From positions 1,024,001 to 1,088,000 of the forward strand of contig OY970173.1 in assembly GCA_963707635.1 (NCBI GenBank): a stretch of DNA of 64,000 nucleotides, in the 5' to 3' direction. The first letter of the stretch is position 1; each line of letters opens with the position of its first letter. The position numbers and the translations under genes were made by a program. The DNA comes from Candidatus Latescibacterota bacterium. Lineage in GTDB: Bacteria; Krumholzibacteriota; Krumholzibacteriia; WVZY01; JAKEHA01. The notes below the pieces were generated by a model. It was not told where the DNA came from, did not search any database, and saw only the letters and a list, made by a program, of their open reading frames with translations. Of the stretch, positions 1 through 10,014 are shown one piece after another.

Positions 1-43
1 TGCTAGATTAGTCTCGATTCGGAGAGGAGTGACGACTATCGCC

Positions 44-439
44 ATGAAGCCAAAGCTCTCGTTCTGGCTGGCCGGCGCATTCCTGACCGCGTTTCTGGCC
101 GTCGGCATCCCGTACTGGCAGGTTCCATACGCGAAGGTGTCCATGCCCAACACGCTGATGGCGCCGGGCCTGTTCATGGTGGTGTTCGCAGCCGCACTGA
201 TGCGGTTCGCGGGAAAGCACAGCTTCCTCGCGTCCTGGCTCGTCGTCGCTGCGGCCGTTCCGGCCACGGTGATGGCGCGGGTCGTGGTCGACACATCGCA
301 GGATCCCACATCGCATAACCTGTGGCCGTTCGAAGTCGCGCTGGCGTGGCTGGTCGGACTGCTGGCCTCGCTCGCCGGCGCGGCGCTGGGGAGCGCGCCG
401 GCGTTGCTGGCGCGGGGAGAGTCGCGCGGCGATTCATGA
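44..439 (+). CDS. Hypothetical integral membrane protein (~4 TM)
   Basis: ORF 29..439; GGAGAGGAG at 21-29; ATG at 44 (MKPKLSFW...) chosen but start uncertain; hydrophobic segments and a DPTSHNLWPFE motif. Confidence 0.75.
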   Translation: MKPKLSFWLAGAFLTAFLAVGIPYWQVPYAKVSMPNTLMAPGLFMVVFAAALMRFAGKHSFLASWLVVAAAVPATVMARVVVDTSQDPTSHNLWPFEVALAWLVGLLASLAGAALGSAPALLARGESRGDS

Positions 440-461
440 GTACCTGCTCGCAGGAGGAGCC

Positions 462-854
462 ATGCCCATCAGAATCGTGAGACTCGGGAGCCCGCGCGCG
501 AAGGGCGAGGGGCTGCGAATCGGGACCGTCCGGCGCCCGCCCCGCGGCGTCCCTAAAGACCAGTGGGCCGCGCAGGATATCTATGACGTCTGGTTTCCCA
601 ATCTGTCGCCGAGCGAGACGCTGCTCAAGGCCACCTTCCCGGTGAAGGACGAGCGCGCCTGGAAGACGTTTCGGCGGAAATTCCTCGCCGAGCTGAAATC
701 CCCCGCGGTGCGACGAGAGCTGGAGCTGCTGGCGGCCTTGTCCCATCACACCAGTTTCGCGATCGGCTGCTACTGCAAGGAGGAATCTCACTGCCACCGC
801 TCGATTCTTCGCGAGTTGCTCGGGGATCTCGGGGCGGACATTGTGCCGAAATAG
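462..854 (+). CDS. DUF488 (YeaO-like) family protein
   Basis: AGGAGGAG RBS; RRPPRGVPK, DVWFPNLSPS and CYCKEESHCHRSIL motifs typical of DUF488. Confidence 0.85.
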   Translation: MPIRIVRLGSPRAKGEGLRIGTVRRPPRGVPKDQWAAQDIYDVWFPNLSPSETLLKATFPVKDERAWKTFRRKFLAELKSPAVRRELELLAALSHHTSFAIGCYCKEESHCHRSILRELLGDLGADIVPK

Positions 855-935
855 CGTTATCGGGGTTACGGACAAGGCGCCGGGAGCAATGTATTTTCTC
901 GTACGCGTCGTCTCACCATTGTCAAGGAGGTAGCC

Positions 936-1328
936 ATGAATAGCGTTGTTCATTTTGAAATGCCTTTCGAGAACCGCGAGCGCCTGGCGAAGTTCTATCA
1001 GTCCGCGTTCGACTGGCAGATGCAGATGCTCGGGCCGGAGATGGGAAATTACGTGCTGGCCATCACCACCGAGTCCGGTCCGCAGGGCCCCAGGAAGCCC
1101 GGCGCGATCAACGGCGGCTTCTTCGAGAAGCAGCCGGACCGGCCCATGCAGTATCCGTCGGTCGTGATCGCGGTGGACGACCTCAAGAAGGCGATGCAGA
1201 AGGTGACGGCCTCGGGGGGCAAGCTGCTGGGTGAACCGATGGAAATACCCGGCGTGGGTCAGTACCTCTCGATCACCGACACGGAAGGAAACCGGGTGGG
1301 CCTGCTCCAGCCGGTTCCTCGCGGCTGA
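936..1328 (+). CDS. VOC/glyoxalase-bleomycin resistance family protein
   Basis: AAGGAGG RBS; VVHFEMP...FYQSAFDW, GAINGG, VDDL...V..SGG, DTEGNRVGLLQ. Confidence 0.9.
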   Translation: MNSVVHFEMPFENRERLAKFYQSAFDWQMQMLGPEMGNYVLAITTESGPQGPRKPGAINGGFFEKQPDRPMQYPSVVIAVDDLKKAMQKVTASGGKLLGEPMEIPGVGQYLSITDTEGNRVGLLQPVPRG

Positions 1329-1377
1329 CGCGCGCCGGGGCTGTTTGTAGACCCCGAAGCGCCGGGTTCCCGCGAAC

Positions 1378-1990
1378 ATGGTCATGGGGCCTGTAGTTGC
1401 AGACACCCGGGGAAACCTGGTGCTCCGACTATTGGCGCCGTACCTCTCGGTCGGGGTCTGCTGGTGCCTGTTCCACAACGCGTGGCTCGCGATCATCGGC
1501 TATCACGCGCAGATTCTGTGGTGGTCGCGCGGAACGCAACCAAACCTCGGCGAAACCCCGGCCGACTCGGTTTACGATGCTGATTCTGCCGTTCGCGCTC
1601 GCCGGCCCGGCCCTCGGCGTTCTCCTTCCTCACGTCGCGCGAACGGATGTTACGGTCTGGCTGGATCGCTACCAGCTCACGGGCCCGGCGCTGCTCGTCA
1701 TGACGTTCTACTTCGGGCTCGTTCACCCGGTGCTCGAGCAGGTGCACTGGGCGCCGCTGCGCGAGCGCACCCTGCTTGCCCACGTGGCGTTCGCCGGCTA
1801 TCACCTGCTGGTGCTTTACTCGATCCTGCCCGTTCCGTGGCTCGCGGTGGGTTTCGTCGTCCTGAACCTGGCCTCGTGGCTGTGGTCACGGATGGTGCGC
1901 GCGTCCGGGAGTCTGTGGCCGGCCATCGCGTCGCAGAGCGCCGCGGACCTCGGGATCGTTCTCGTCGCCGCGCTCGGGTTCGTGGAGTAG
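1378..1990 (+). CDS. CPBP (CAAX/Abi)-like intramembrane protease-family protein, frameshift near 1550
   Basis: The hydrophobic N-terminus (LLAPYLSVGVCWCLFHNAWLAIIGYH) is in ORF 1378 and the hydrophobic remainder is in ORF 1397..1990; FAGYH and SGSLWPAIAS resemble degenerate CPBP motifs. Start uncertain. Confidence 0.55.
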
Positions 1991-2012
1991 ACTCCACCGG
2001 AAGGTGACCTGA

Positions 2013-2651
2013 ATGCACAATCGAACTCTCTGGATCAGCGGCGGAATCTCGGGTGTGAGTTCGGTGGTGTGCTATGTCCTGGCCATCATGCTCCCATGGC
2101 CGGAGACTCAACTGGGCACCGTGGCCGCGCTGGCGGTCGTGAGCGCGTGGCCCATCTTGAGCATCGTGTACGTCTACGGGCTCTACGATTTCGTCGCGGC
2201 GGGGAGAGAGAGCACCGCCAACCGTTTGTCATTCGTGTTCGCGGTGGCGGGTTTTGCGACGGTGCTCGCGATGATCATCGTTCAACTCGCGGTCGGTGCG
2301 GGCGTGGGCGAGATCACCGCCGGGCTGGATGAGCAGACTGCCCGGGCGATGCGTGGCGGTCTACGCCTGATCGACCACGGTCTGGATGTGGCGTGGGATT
2401 TTCTGATCGGAATAGCGCTCATCTTCTCCGGCGTGGCAATCCGCAGACGCGACGGCCTGGGGCTGGGTTGGGCGGTTGTTTCGGGGGTGCTGGGGGTGGC
2501 GTTGATCGCGCTAAACGCAGCCACCTTTCCACAGCCGCCCGCGGACGCAGGGCTCTTCGACATTGGCCCGGTTATCGGAGTGTTCACGATCGCACTCGCC
2601 GGAAGACTGACGGCCCTGGGGTGGCGGACACCCCGCGTGAACACCGGCTAG
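2013..2651 (+). CDS. Multi-pass membrane protein (DUF4386-like)
   Basis: GGAAGG upstream; 5-6 hydrophobic helices. The family label is tentative. Confidence 0.7.
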   Translation: MHNRTLWISGGISGVSSVVCYVLAIMLPWPETQLGTVAALAVVSAWPILSIVYVYGLYDFVAAGRESTANRLSFVFAVAGFATVLAMIIVQLAVGAGVGEITAGLDEQTARAMRGGLRLIDHGLDVAWDFLIGIALIFSGVAIRRRDGLGLGWAVVSGVLGVALIALNAATFPQPPADAGLFDIGPVIGVFTIALAGRLTALGWRTPRVNTG

Positions 2652-2662
2652 CGGCCGCTGGC

Positions 2663-2781
2663 CAAGGAGCACAATGCGGGTTTCCCGACCTATCGCCGAG
2701 CGAGACGCTGTTCAAAGCGATCTTCTCGGCGAAGGACGAGCGCGCCAAAAGTCCCACTGCCACCGCTCGATTCTGCGCGAG
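2663..2781 (+). pseudogene. Internally deleted relic copy of the DUF488 gene at 462-854
   Basis: 2679-2746 matches 592-659 (FPDLSPSETLFKAIFSAKDERA vs FPNLSPSETLLKATFPVKDERA) and 2755-2781 matches ~789-815 (HCHRSILRE); AAGGAG plus ATG at 2674 precede it. Confidence 0.8.
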
Positions 2782-2798
2782 CACACTTGGTCTTCCGG

Positions 2799-3653
2799 CT
2801 ACTTAAGCAGAATCACCTTGCGCGTGAGAACGTCATCGCTCGCCTGCACGCGTATCAGGTACACACCGCTGGGAACCGCCCGCCCGTGGCCATCGGTTCC
2901 GTCCCACGTGATCGATTGGGTCTTATAGCCGCTCACGTGCCGGTCGAACTGTGTCACGACGCGTCCGGTTGCGTCGAATACGACGAGTCTGACCGTCGCG
3001 GGCCCCTTCGTCCGAAACGAGATCGTCGTGGAGGGGTTGCACGGATTCGGGTAGACCTTGAGCACGTAGATGGGCGCGGTGCGAACCGTGCGGGGGGAGG
3101 GCGCCGCGGTGACCACGATACGGATGCGCCAGGTGGACTTGCGTGGTGGTTGGGTCACGGTGGAGATCGTGTACCACGCAGAGATCGTGTCCCCTGGCGT
3201 GGCGAGCATGTCGCTGCGTACAATACAGAACGACGGTGCGGTCAGGTTCGGCGGAGGAGTCGGTTCCGGAATGACCGGCCCGACCTCCGGCGACGGGGTT
3301 GGGGTGGGCGTCGCGGGGATCTCCGGGCGTTCCAAAGTGACGATCATGCCGCGGATGATCGGCACGAACGGCCCCGATTCGTCTTTCAGGCTGAACTCGA
3401 TCCCCGGGCCGCCGCGGATCTCGTACAGCAGGCGGCTTCCGGGCTTGGTCGCGATCGACGGAAGCGCGATGCGGCGAGGCTCGCCGGGCCACAACGACGT
3501 AATGGGCAGATCCGCGGCGGTTCCCAGCGCCGTCGTGTCCGCCTGCGCGCTCCGGGTCCCGGCCGGAACCCAGCTGCACGCGCTTGCCTGGATGATACCC
3601 GTGAGCAGACACACTCCGATTGCGGGCATTGCGTGCCCGTACCTCCGGTACAC
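2799..3653 (-). CDS. Secreted protein with Pro/Thr-rich linker and C-terminal FlgD-Ig/T9SS-type-A-like domain
   Basis: AGGAGG upstream of the GTG; C-terminus YPNPCNPSTTISF...VFDATGRVV...WDGTDGHGRAVPSGVY...RKVILLK. Confidence 0.8.
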   Translation of the reverse strand: MYRRYGHAMPAIGVCLLTGIIQASACSWVPAGTRSAQADTTALGTAADLPITSLWPGEPRRIALPSIATKPGSRLLYEIRGGPGIEFSLKDESGPFVPIIRGMIVTLERPEIPATPTPTPSPEVGPVIPEPTPPPNLTAPSFCIVRSDMLATPGDTISAWYTISTVTQPPRKSTWRIRIVVTAAPSPRTVRTAPIYVLKVYPNPCNPSTTISFRTKGPATVRLVVFDATGRVVTQFDRHVSGYKTQSITWDGTDGHGRAVPSGVYLIRVQASDDVLTRKVILLK

Positions 3654-3878
3654 GATGCACCTCCTGCCGGCGGCGGGGTGGCCGCACTCGCCGGCCCGAG
3701 TCGATGTTTCGTGGGGTTGGTCAGCGTGGGGGTTGGCGTGGGTCTGTTCGCAAGATGGTTAACAACGGCACGACTGGCAAGCGGATTCATGACGCGCCGT
3801 GGACGGCGCTCCCTCGAATGCGCTAGAGTCACGAGCGCTTGACCGGAGCCGCGGACCGGAGTCCGGGAGAAGACGAGA

Positions 3879-4259
3879 TTGAAACTACTCTGGGTGGGTA
3901 TCGGTGGATTCGCGGGGTCGGTACTCCGCTACTTGGTCAGTGGCTGGGTGCAGGAATCCTCGCGCAGCGTTTCGTTTCCGTACGGGACGCTGGCGGTCAA
4001 CGTCGTCGGCTGCCTGCTGATCGGCGGGCTTTCTTACCTCGCGGACGAGCGCGGCCTGCTCCACCCGCAGGCGCGGCTGTTCCTGATCGTCGGCATACTC
4101 GGCGGTTTCACGACGTTTTCCGCATTCGGTAACGAGACGTTCGCGCTGCTCCGCACCGGCGAATTCGCGCGCGCGCTGGCCAACGTGCTCTTGAACGTGT
4201 TCCTGTGTCTGACCGCGGTGTGGCTCGGTCGCGCGGCGGCGTTCGGGATCTGGAGGTAA
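3879..4259 (+). CDS. crcB: Fluoride efflux channel CrcB/FluC
   Basis: GGFAGSVLRY, FPYGTLAVN and GILGGFTTFSAF signature motifs; TTG start after GGGAGA. Confidence 0.95.
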   Translation: MKLLWVGIGGFAGSVLRYLVSGWVQESSRSVSFPYGTLAVNVVGCLLIGGLSYLADERGLLHPQARLFLIVGILGGFTTFSAFGNETFALLRTGEFARALANVLLNVFLCLTAVWLGRAAAFGIWR

Positions 4260-4262
4260 GCG

Positions 4263-4607
4263 ATGACGCTCCCGGAAGAAGGATACCTGCTTCGCATCTT
4301 CATCGGGGAAAACGACAAGCACGCCGGGCGTCCGCTCTACGAATGGCTGGTCGTGCAGGCACGCGCGCGCGGGCTCGCCGGAGCGACGGTGCTCCGGGGC
4401 ACGATGGGCTTCGGCGCCAACAGCAAGGTCATTCACACGGTGAAGATCGAGCGACTCTCCGAGGACCTTCCGATCGTGGTGGAAATCGTCGATACGCGCG
4501 CGAAGCTGGAGAGTTACCTCGAGACGATCGACGGTGCGATCGGCGCCGGGCTCGCCACGCTGGAGAAGGCTGAGGTCCGCTTCTACCGGAGCGACCCGGC
4601 GAAATAG
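4263..4607 (+). CDS. DUF190 (PII-like) protein
   Basis: LLRIFIGENDK...GLAGATVLRG.MGFG...LSEDLPIVVEIVD; the usual partner downstream of crcB. Confidence 0.9.
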   Translation: MTLPEEGYLLRIFIGENDKHAGRPLYEWLVVQARARGLAGATVLRGTMGFGANSKVIHTVKIERLSEDLPIVVEIVDTRAKLESYLETIDGAIGAGLATLEKAEVRFYRSDPAK

Positions 4608-4672
4608 GGCGCACGCGACGCCACGGCGTAGACAGTGGGCCTCTCATGGGGTAGGCTCACCGTCTTGCGCCC

Positions 4673-7397
4673 ATGACCCTCGCCCCCGGCACCCGCCTCG
4701 GCCCCTACGAGATCGTCGCGCCGCTCGGCGCGGGCGGCATGGGCGAGGTCTATCGCGCGCAGCGACACGCGGCTCGGCCGCGACGTCGCGGTCAAGGTGC
4801 TGCCGCAGCACCTGTCCGCGAACCCCGAGGTCCGCGCGCGCTTCGAGCGCGAGGCGAAGACGGTCTCGTCGCTCAACCATCCCGCACATCTGCACGCTGC
4901 TACGACGTCGGCCGCGAGGGCGACACCGACTACCTGGTGATGGAGCTGATCGAGGGCGAGACGCTGGCGGCGCGGCTGGCGAAGGGCGCGCTGCCCGCTG
5001 GCGGAGGTGTTGAAGCTCGGCGCGCAGATCGCCGACGCGCTCGACCGCGCGCACCGCGCCGGCGTCGTGCACCGCGATCTCAAGCCCGGCAACGTGATGC
5101 TGACGAAGTCGCGGCGCGAAGCTGATGGACTTCGGGCTCGCGCGCGCGACGGGCCTGGCGGGGCCCGCCGGCAGCGGGGCGTCGATCGGCGCGCTGACGC
5201 AGTCGCCGACGATGGCGCAGCCGCTGACGGCCGAAGGGACGATCGTCGGGACGTTCCAGTACATGGCGCCGGAGCAGCTCGAAGGCAAGGAGGCCGACGC
5301 GCGCAGCGATCTGTGGGCGCTGGGCTGCGTGCTCTACGAGATGGCGACGGGCAAGCGCGCGTTCGAGGGCAAGAGCCAGGCGTCGCTGATCACCTCGATC
5401 ATGGGCACGCGAGCCCGCGCCGCTCTCGCAAGCTGGCGCCGATGACGCCGCCGGCGCTCGACCGCGTGGTGCAGGCGTGCCTCGCCAAGGACCCGGCGGA
5501 CCGGATCCAGAGCGCGCACGACGTGAAGCTGCAGCTGCAGTGGGCGGTGGAGGGCGGTTCCGTCGCGGGCGCGCCGGCACCGATCGCCGCGCCGACGAGG
5601 CGGCGCGGAAATTTCGTTCCCTGGATCGTCGCGGCGGCGGGGCTGGTCGCTGCGGGCGTAATGTTCGCGCAGAGCAGAGGCGGCGGCCACGAGGAAGCGC
5701 CGTCGCAGGCCGTGCACGCCGCCATTCTGCCCCCAAGCGGTGTCGTCTATTCGTCGAGCACGGATCGCCCGCTTCCGCTCGCGATCTCGCCCGACGGGAG
5801 ACTGGTCGCGTTCTGCGCGCGCACCGGCGAGGGCCCCGACATGCTCTGGGTTCGGTCGGTCGACTCGAACGACGCCCGCGCCATCGCCGGCACCGAGGGC
5901 GCGCAGGGGCCGTTCTTCTCGCCCGACGGGAAGACGATCGGCTTCTTCGCGCGCGGGAAGATGAAGCGCGTCGATACCACCGGCGGCGCGGTGATCACGC
6001 TGGCGGACGGGGGCGACCCGCGCGGCGCGACCTGGAGCCCGAACGGCTGGATCGTCTTCGGGAGCACCGCCTACGGCCCGCTCTGGAAGGTGAGGGAAGA
6101 CGGCGGTGCCGTCGCGGCGGCGACCGTGCTCGATTCGACGCGCGCCGAGGCCACCCACCGCTACCCGTGGTTTCTGCCCGACGGCCGACACTTTCTCTAT
6201 CTCGCCCGGCGCAGCGGCGCGGGTGCCGGCAACGAGCCCACCATCTTCGTGGGAGAATTCGATTCCGCGCAGCGAACCCGCGTGCTCGAGGTGGCGTCCA
6301 ATGTCGCCTACGCGTCGGGGCACCTGCTCTACATCCGCGAAGGCGTGCTGGTCGCGCAGCGCTTCGACCCGAACACGCTCGCGGTTTCCGGCTCCGCGAT
6401 CCCTCTGATCGACGACGCGCGCATGGACGAGCGCTTCAGCCGCGGCGTGTTTTCCGTGTCCACCAACGGCGTGCTGGTGTGCATGACCGGCAAAAATCAG
6501 ACGCGCACGCAGATGCAGTGGTTGGATCGAAGCGGCAAGTGGCTCTCGGACATCGGCGAGCCCACCGACTACACCTACGGCGGAACGCCGGAGCTCTCGC
6601 CCGACGGCGCGCAGTCGGTCATGCCCATCGCGAACCGAGAACGCGGCACGTCGGACGTGTGGCTCGTCGATCTGAATAGCGGGCGTCGTCACCGTTTGAC
6701 CGTCGATGCGTACGATCACCCCGCTGCCACTTGGCACCCCGACGGAAAACGGGTGGCGGTGAGCACCAACCGGGGCGGCGAGAAAATATTCTCGGTGGAC
6801 CTCCTGGCGGTGGACGGGGCGCTGTTGCGCAGCCTGCACCGGGGGGCGGAATACTTGTGGCCGAGATCGATTTCTCCGGACGGCCGCGTGCTCCTCTTCG
6901 ACGCGCCCGAGACCGGGTTGAGGGAACGGTTCGACACCTGGATGGTGTCGATGGCGGGAGATTCCGGCTCGGCGATGATCGCGGGGGGTGAGGGCACGCA
7001 ACAACGGGCCCAATTCTCGCCGGACGGCCGCCTCTTCGCGTACGACTCGGACGAATCGGAGCAGGAAGAGGTGTACGTCGCCGCCTACCCGGGCGGCGGC
7101 AAGTGGCAGGTGTCGCAGGACGGCGGCACCGAGCCGCGCTGGCGGCAGGACGGGGATGAGCTGTACTACGTTGACCGCGACAACTTCATCGTTGCGGTCG
7201 AGACGCGCGCCGGCGGAGCGGCGTTCGAAGCCGGCTCCGCGACGAAGCTCTTCCAGTTTCACGGCGCCGGAGGCCTGTGGCGCTACGACGTCAATGCGGA
7301 CGGCACGCGCTTTTTGGTGACGCGGGCGCTGCAGGAAGACCTGGCTTCCCCGGTGACGCTCATCACCGACTGGACGCGCAAGGTCGCGGGGCGCTGA
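4673..7397 (+). CDS. Hanks-type Ser/Thr kinase, TM helix, TolB/PD40 beta-propellers (kinase 1; several frameshifts in 4760-5440)
   Basis: [10 protein letters not shown] (ORF 4673), HRDLKPGN (ORF 5007) and DFGLA...YMAPE (ORF 5125) lie in different frames; SPDG repeats follow downstream. Confidence 0.9.
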
Positions 7398-7404
7398 TCG
7401 CGTG

Positions 7405-10002
7405 ATGGCGCTCAATCCCGGCACCCGCCTCGGTCCCTACGAAATCCTCTCGCCCCTCGGTGCGGGCGGGATGGGCGAGGTCTATCGCGCCCGCGACACC
7501 CGGCTCAGCCGCGACGTCGCCGTCAAGGTGCTCCCGCCGCACCTCTCGTCGAACCCGGAAGTCCGCGCGCGCTTCGAGCGCGAGGCGAAGGCGGTTTCGT
7601 CGCTCAACCACCCGCACATCTGCACGCTTTTCGACGTGGGCCGCGAGCGTGACACCGATTTCCTCGTCATGGAGTTCATCGAGGGCGAAACGCTGGCCCG
7701 GCGCCTCGAGAAAGGCCCGCTCCTGACCGAACAGGTGATCACGCTGGGCGCACAGATCGCGGACGCGCTCGCGCGCGCGCACCGCGCGGGCATCGTCCAC
7801 CGCGACTTGAAGCCCGGCAACGTGATGCTGACCAAGTCGGGTGCGAAGCTCATGGATTTCGGCCTGGCGCGCGCCACCGGGCTCGCGGGTGGAGCCGGCA
7901 GCAGCCTGACCATGGAGGGGCTGACGCAATCGCCCACCATGGGGGCGCCGCTCACCTCCGAGGGCACCATCGTCGGCACGTTTCAGTACATGTCGCCCGA
8001 ACAGCTCGAGGGCAAGGAGGCTGACGCGCGCAGCGACATCTGGGCGCTCGGTTGTGTGCTCTACGAAATGGCGACGGGCAAGCGCGCCTTCGAGGGCAAG
8101 AGCCAGGCCAGCCTGATCGTTGCCATCATGGAGAAGCCCGTGGTGTCGCTGGTGGATCTCGCTCCCGCCTCGCCAGCGGCGCTCGACCGTCTGGTACAGG
8201 CGTGTCTTGCGAAGGACCCCGATGATCGCGTGCAGACCGCGCACGACGTCAGACTTCAACTGGGGTGGATGCATGCCGAGACGGCCAGCGCAACCGGCGC
8301 CAGCCCGTCCGTGCGAGGCGGCTCTCGGCGCGCGCGCTGGGTAGCAGGCGCGCTGCTCGTCGTGGCGGCGATCGCGGCCGCGTTCGTGGCCGGGCGCCAG
8401 AACGCGCCGGGCCGCACGTCGACGGCGTTTCAGTTTCAACGCAAGACCTACCGCTCGCAGGCCATCTTCTCGGCGCGCTTCATGCCGGACGGAAAGACGA
8501 TGGTGTTGAGCAGTGCCCTCGAAGGCAACACCACGGAGCTGTTCGTGATCCGGCCCGAGTATCCCGAGCCACAGCCGCTGGGCATGAAGAACGTGCACCT
8601 GCTCGCCGTCTCGTCACGCGGCGAGCTGGCGGTCTTAAACCGCGCCCGTTTCATCGGGCACCACCGGCTCTTCAACGGAACGTTGGCGCGCATGCCACTG
8701 GAAGGTGGCGCACCGCGCGAGATCATGGAGGGCGTTCGTGAGGCAGACTGGGCTCCCGACGGTGAAAACCTCGCCGTCATCCACGAGTTGGACGAAAAGG
8801 ATCGCCTCGAATTTCCGATCGGCAAGGTACTGGTCGAATCCGCCGGCTACTTGAGCGATGTGCGAGTGTCCCCGCGGGGCGACCGCATCGCCTTCATGGA
8901 GCATCCCTCCAAGTACGACGACCGCGGATCGGTCAATGTGGTCGACCTCGAGGGCCACACGCGCGTGCTGACGGGTGGATACTGGGGCATGGAGGGGTTG
9001 GCGTGGTCGCGCGACAACGCCGCCGTGCTCTTCGGCGCCACCACGAACGGGACCGACTACTCCGTGTACCGTGTCGATCTCGACGGGCACGCCGGACCCG
9101 CGGGCCAGAGCGCCGGCGGACTGACGATCCACGACGTCGCGTCCGACGGCACCTGGGCGGTGACGCGGGATGAATACCCGGTCCGGCTCGTCTTCCGCGC
9201 GGCCGGCTCGACCGCGGATGTGGACTTGTCGTGGCTCGACAATGGCATCGACCCCTTCATTTCCGCCGATGGCAAGACGGTCACCTTCACCGACCAGAGC
9301 GAAGGAGCGGGTGCGAACTACGCGGTGGCGGTCCGACCTGCGTCCGGTGGCGCCATCGTCCGGCTGGGTGAGGGCCACGGCCAGGGGTTTTCACCGGATG
9401 GGAAGTCCGTGCTGGCGTTCGTGCCCATCACGCCCTGCCGTCTCATGTCGTACCCGGTCGGTGCCGGACAGCCGGTTCGTCTCGACCGCGGCGGGTTCGA
9501 GAATATCTCCTATGCGCAATGGATGAAGGACGGGAACCACGTACTGGTGAGCGGAAACGAAGCCGGCAAGCCACCGCGCTGCTTCCTGGTTGATGTTTCG
9601 TCGGGCACGTCGGAGCCGGTGGGGCCCGAGGGGATCCGGAGAGGATGCCCATCCCCGGACGGAACCGCTTTCGTCGCCCGATCGCAGTCTGGCTGGACGA
9701 TCTTCCCGATGGCGGACAACGGCGAAGGAACTCCGCTTCCGGCGCTGACGTCGAAGGATTATGTGATCCGGTGGAATCTGGACGGTTCATCCCTTTACTG
9801 TTACCAGCGGGCCACCATTCCCGCCTCGATCGACCGCATCGACGTGAAAACGGGCCGGCGCGAAACCACGCCGCTGCTGGCCGGCGGCGGTGCAGGAGCG
9901 CTTTCCATTCTGTCGGTGGCGATCGCCGATGATCTGCGCTCCGTGGTGTACGGCTCGTGGTCTTACACCTCGGTCCTGTACGCAGTCACGGGCGAGCGAT
10001 AG
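7405..10002 (+). CDS. Hanks-type Ser/Thr kinase, TM helix, beta-propeller sensor (kinase 2)
   Basis: [24 protein letters not shown] and SPE all intact; TM WVAGALLVVAAIAAAFVAG; WAPDG/SPDG repeats. Confidence 0.95.
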   Translation: MALNPGTRLGPYEILSPLGAGGMGEVYRARDTRLSRDVAVKVLPPHLSSNPEVRARFEREAKAVSSLNHPHICTLFDVGRERDTDFLVMEFIEGETLARRLEKGPLLTEQVITLGAQIADALARAHRAGIVHRDLKPGNVMLTKSGAKLMDFGLARATGLAGGAGSSLTMEGLTQSPTMGAPLTSEGTIVGTFQYMSPEQLEGKEADARSDIWALGCVLYEMATGKRAFEGKSQASLIVAIMEKPVVSLVDLAPASPAALDRLVQACLAKDPDDRVQTAHDVRLQLGWMHAETASATGASPSVRGGSRRARWVAGALLVVAAIAAAFVAGRQNAPGRTSTAFQFQRKTYRSQAIFSARFMPDGKTMVLSSALEGNTTELFVIRPEYPEPQPLGMKNVHLLAVSSRGELAVLNRARFIGHHRLFNGTLARMPLEGGAPREIMEGVREADWAPDGENLAVIHELDEKDRLEFPIGKVLVESAGYLSDVRVSPRGDRIAFMEHPSKYDDRGSVNVVDLEGHTRVLTGGYWGMEGLAWSRDNAAVLFGATTNGTDYSVYRVDLDGHAGPAGQSAGGLTIHDVASDGTWAVTRDEYPVRLVFRAAGSTADVDLSWLDNGIDPFISADGKTVTFTDQSEGAGANYAVAVRPASGGAIVRLGEGHGQGFSPDGKSVLAFVPITPCRLMSYPVGAGQPVRLDRGGFENISYAQWMKDGNHVLVSGNEAGKPPRCFLVDVSSGTSEPVGPEGIRRGCPSPDGTAFVARSQSGWTIFPMADNGEGTPLPALTSKDYVIRWNLDGSSLYCYQRATIPASIDRIDVKTGRRETTPLLAGGGAGALSILSVAIADDLRSVVYGSWSYTSVLYAVTGER

Positions 10003-10014
10003 GAGACCACGTCG

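Noticed and set aside
44..2651. Integron cassette array (short co-oriented genes)
   Set aside because: The spacers lack RYYYAAC...GTTRRRY attC boxes and there is no integrase in the window.
3654..3878. Fluoride riboswitch upstream of crcB
   Set aside because: No GGCGATGG(A/T)GTTCGCC...(C/T)TGATGAC-like consensus was found by eye; only a short direct repeat (CGTGGGGTTGG twice, ~3708-3736) of unclear meaning. An Rfam scan would settle it.
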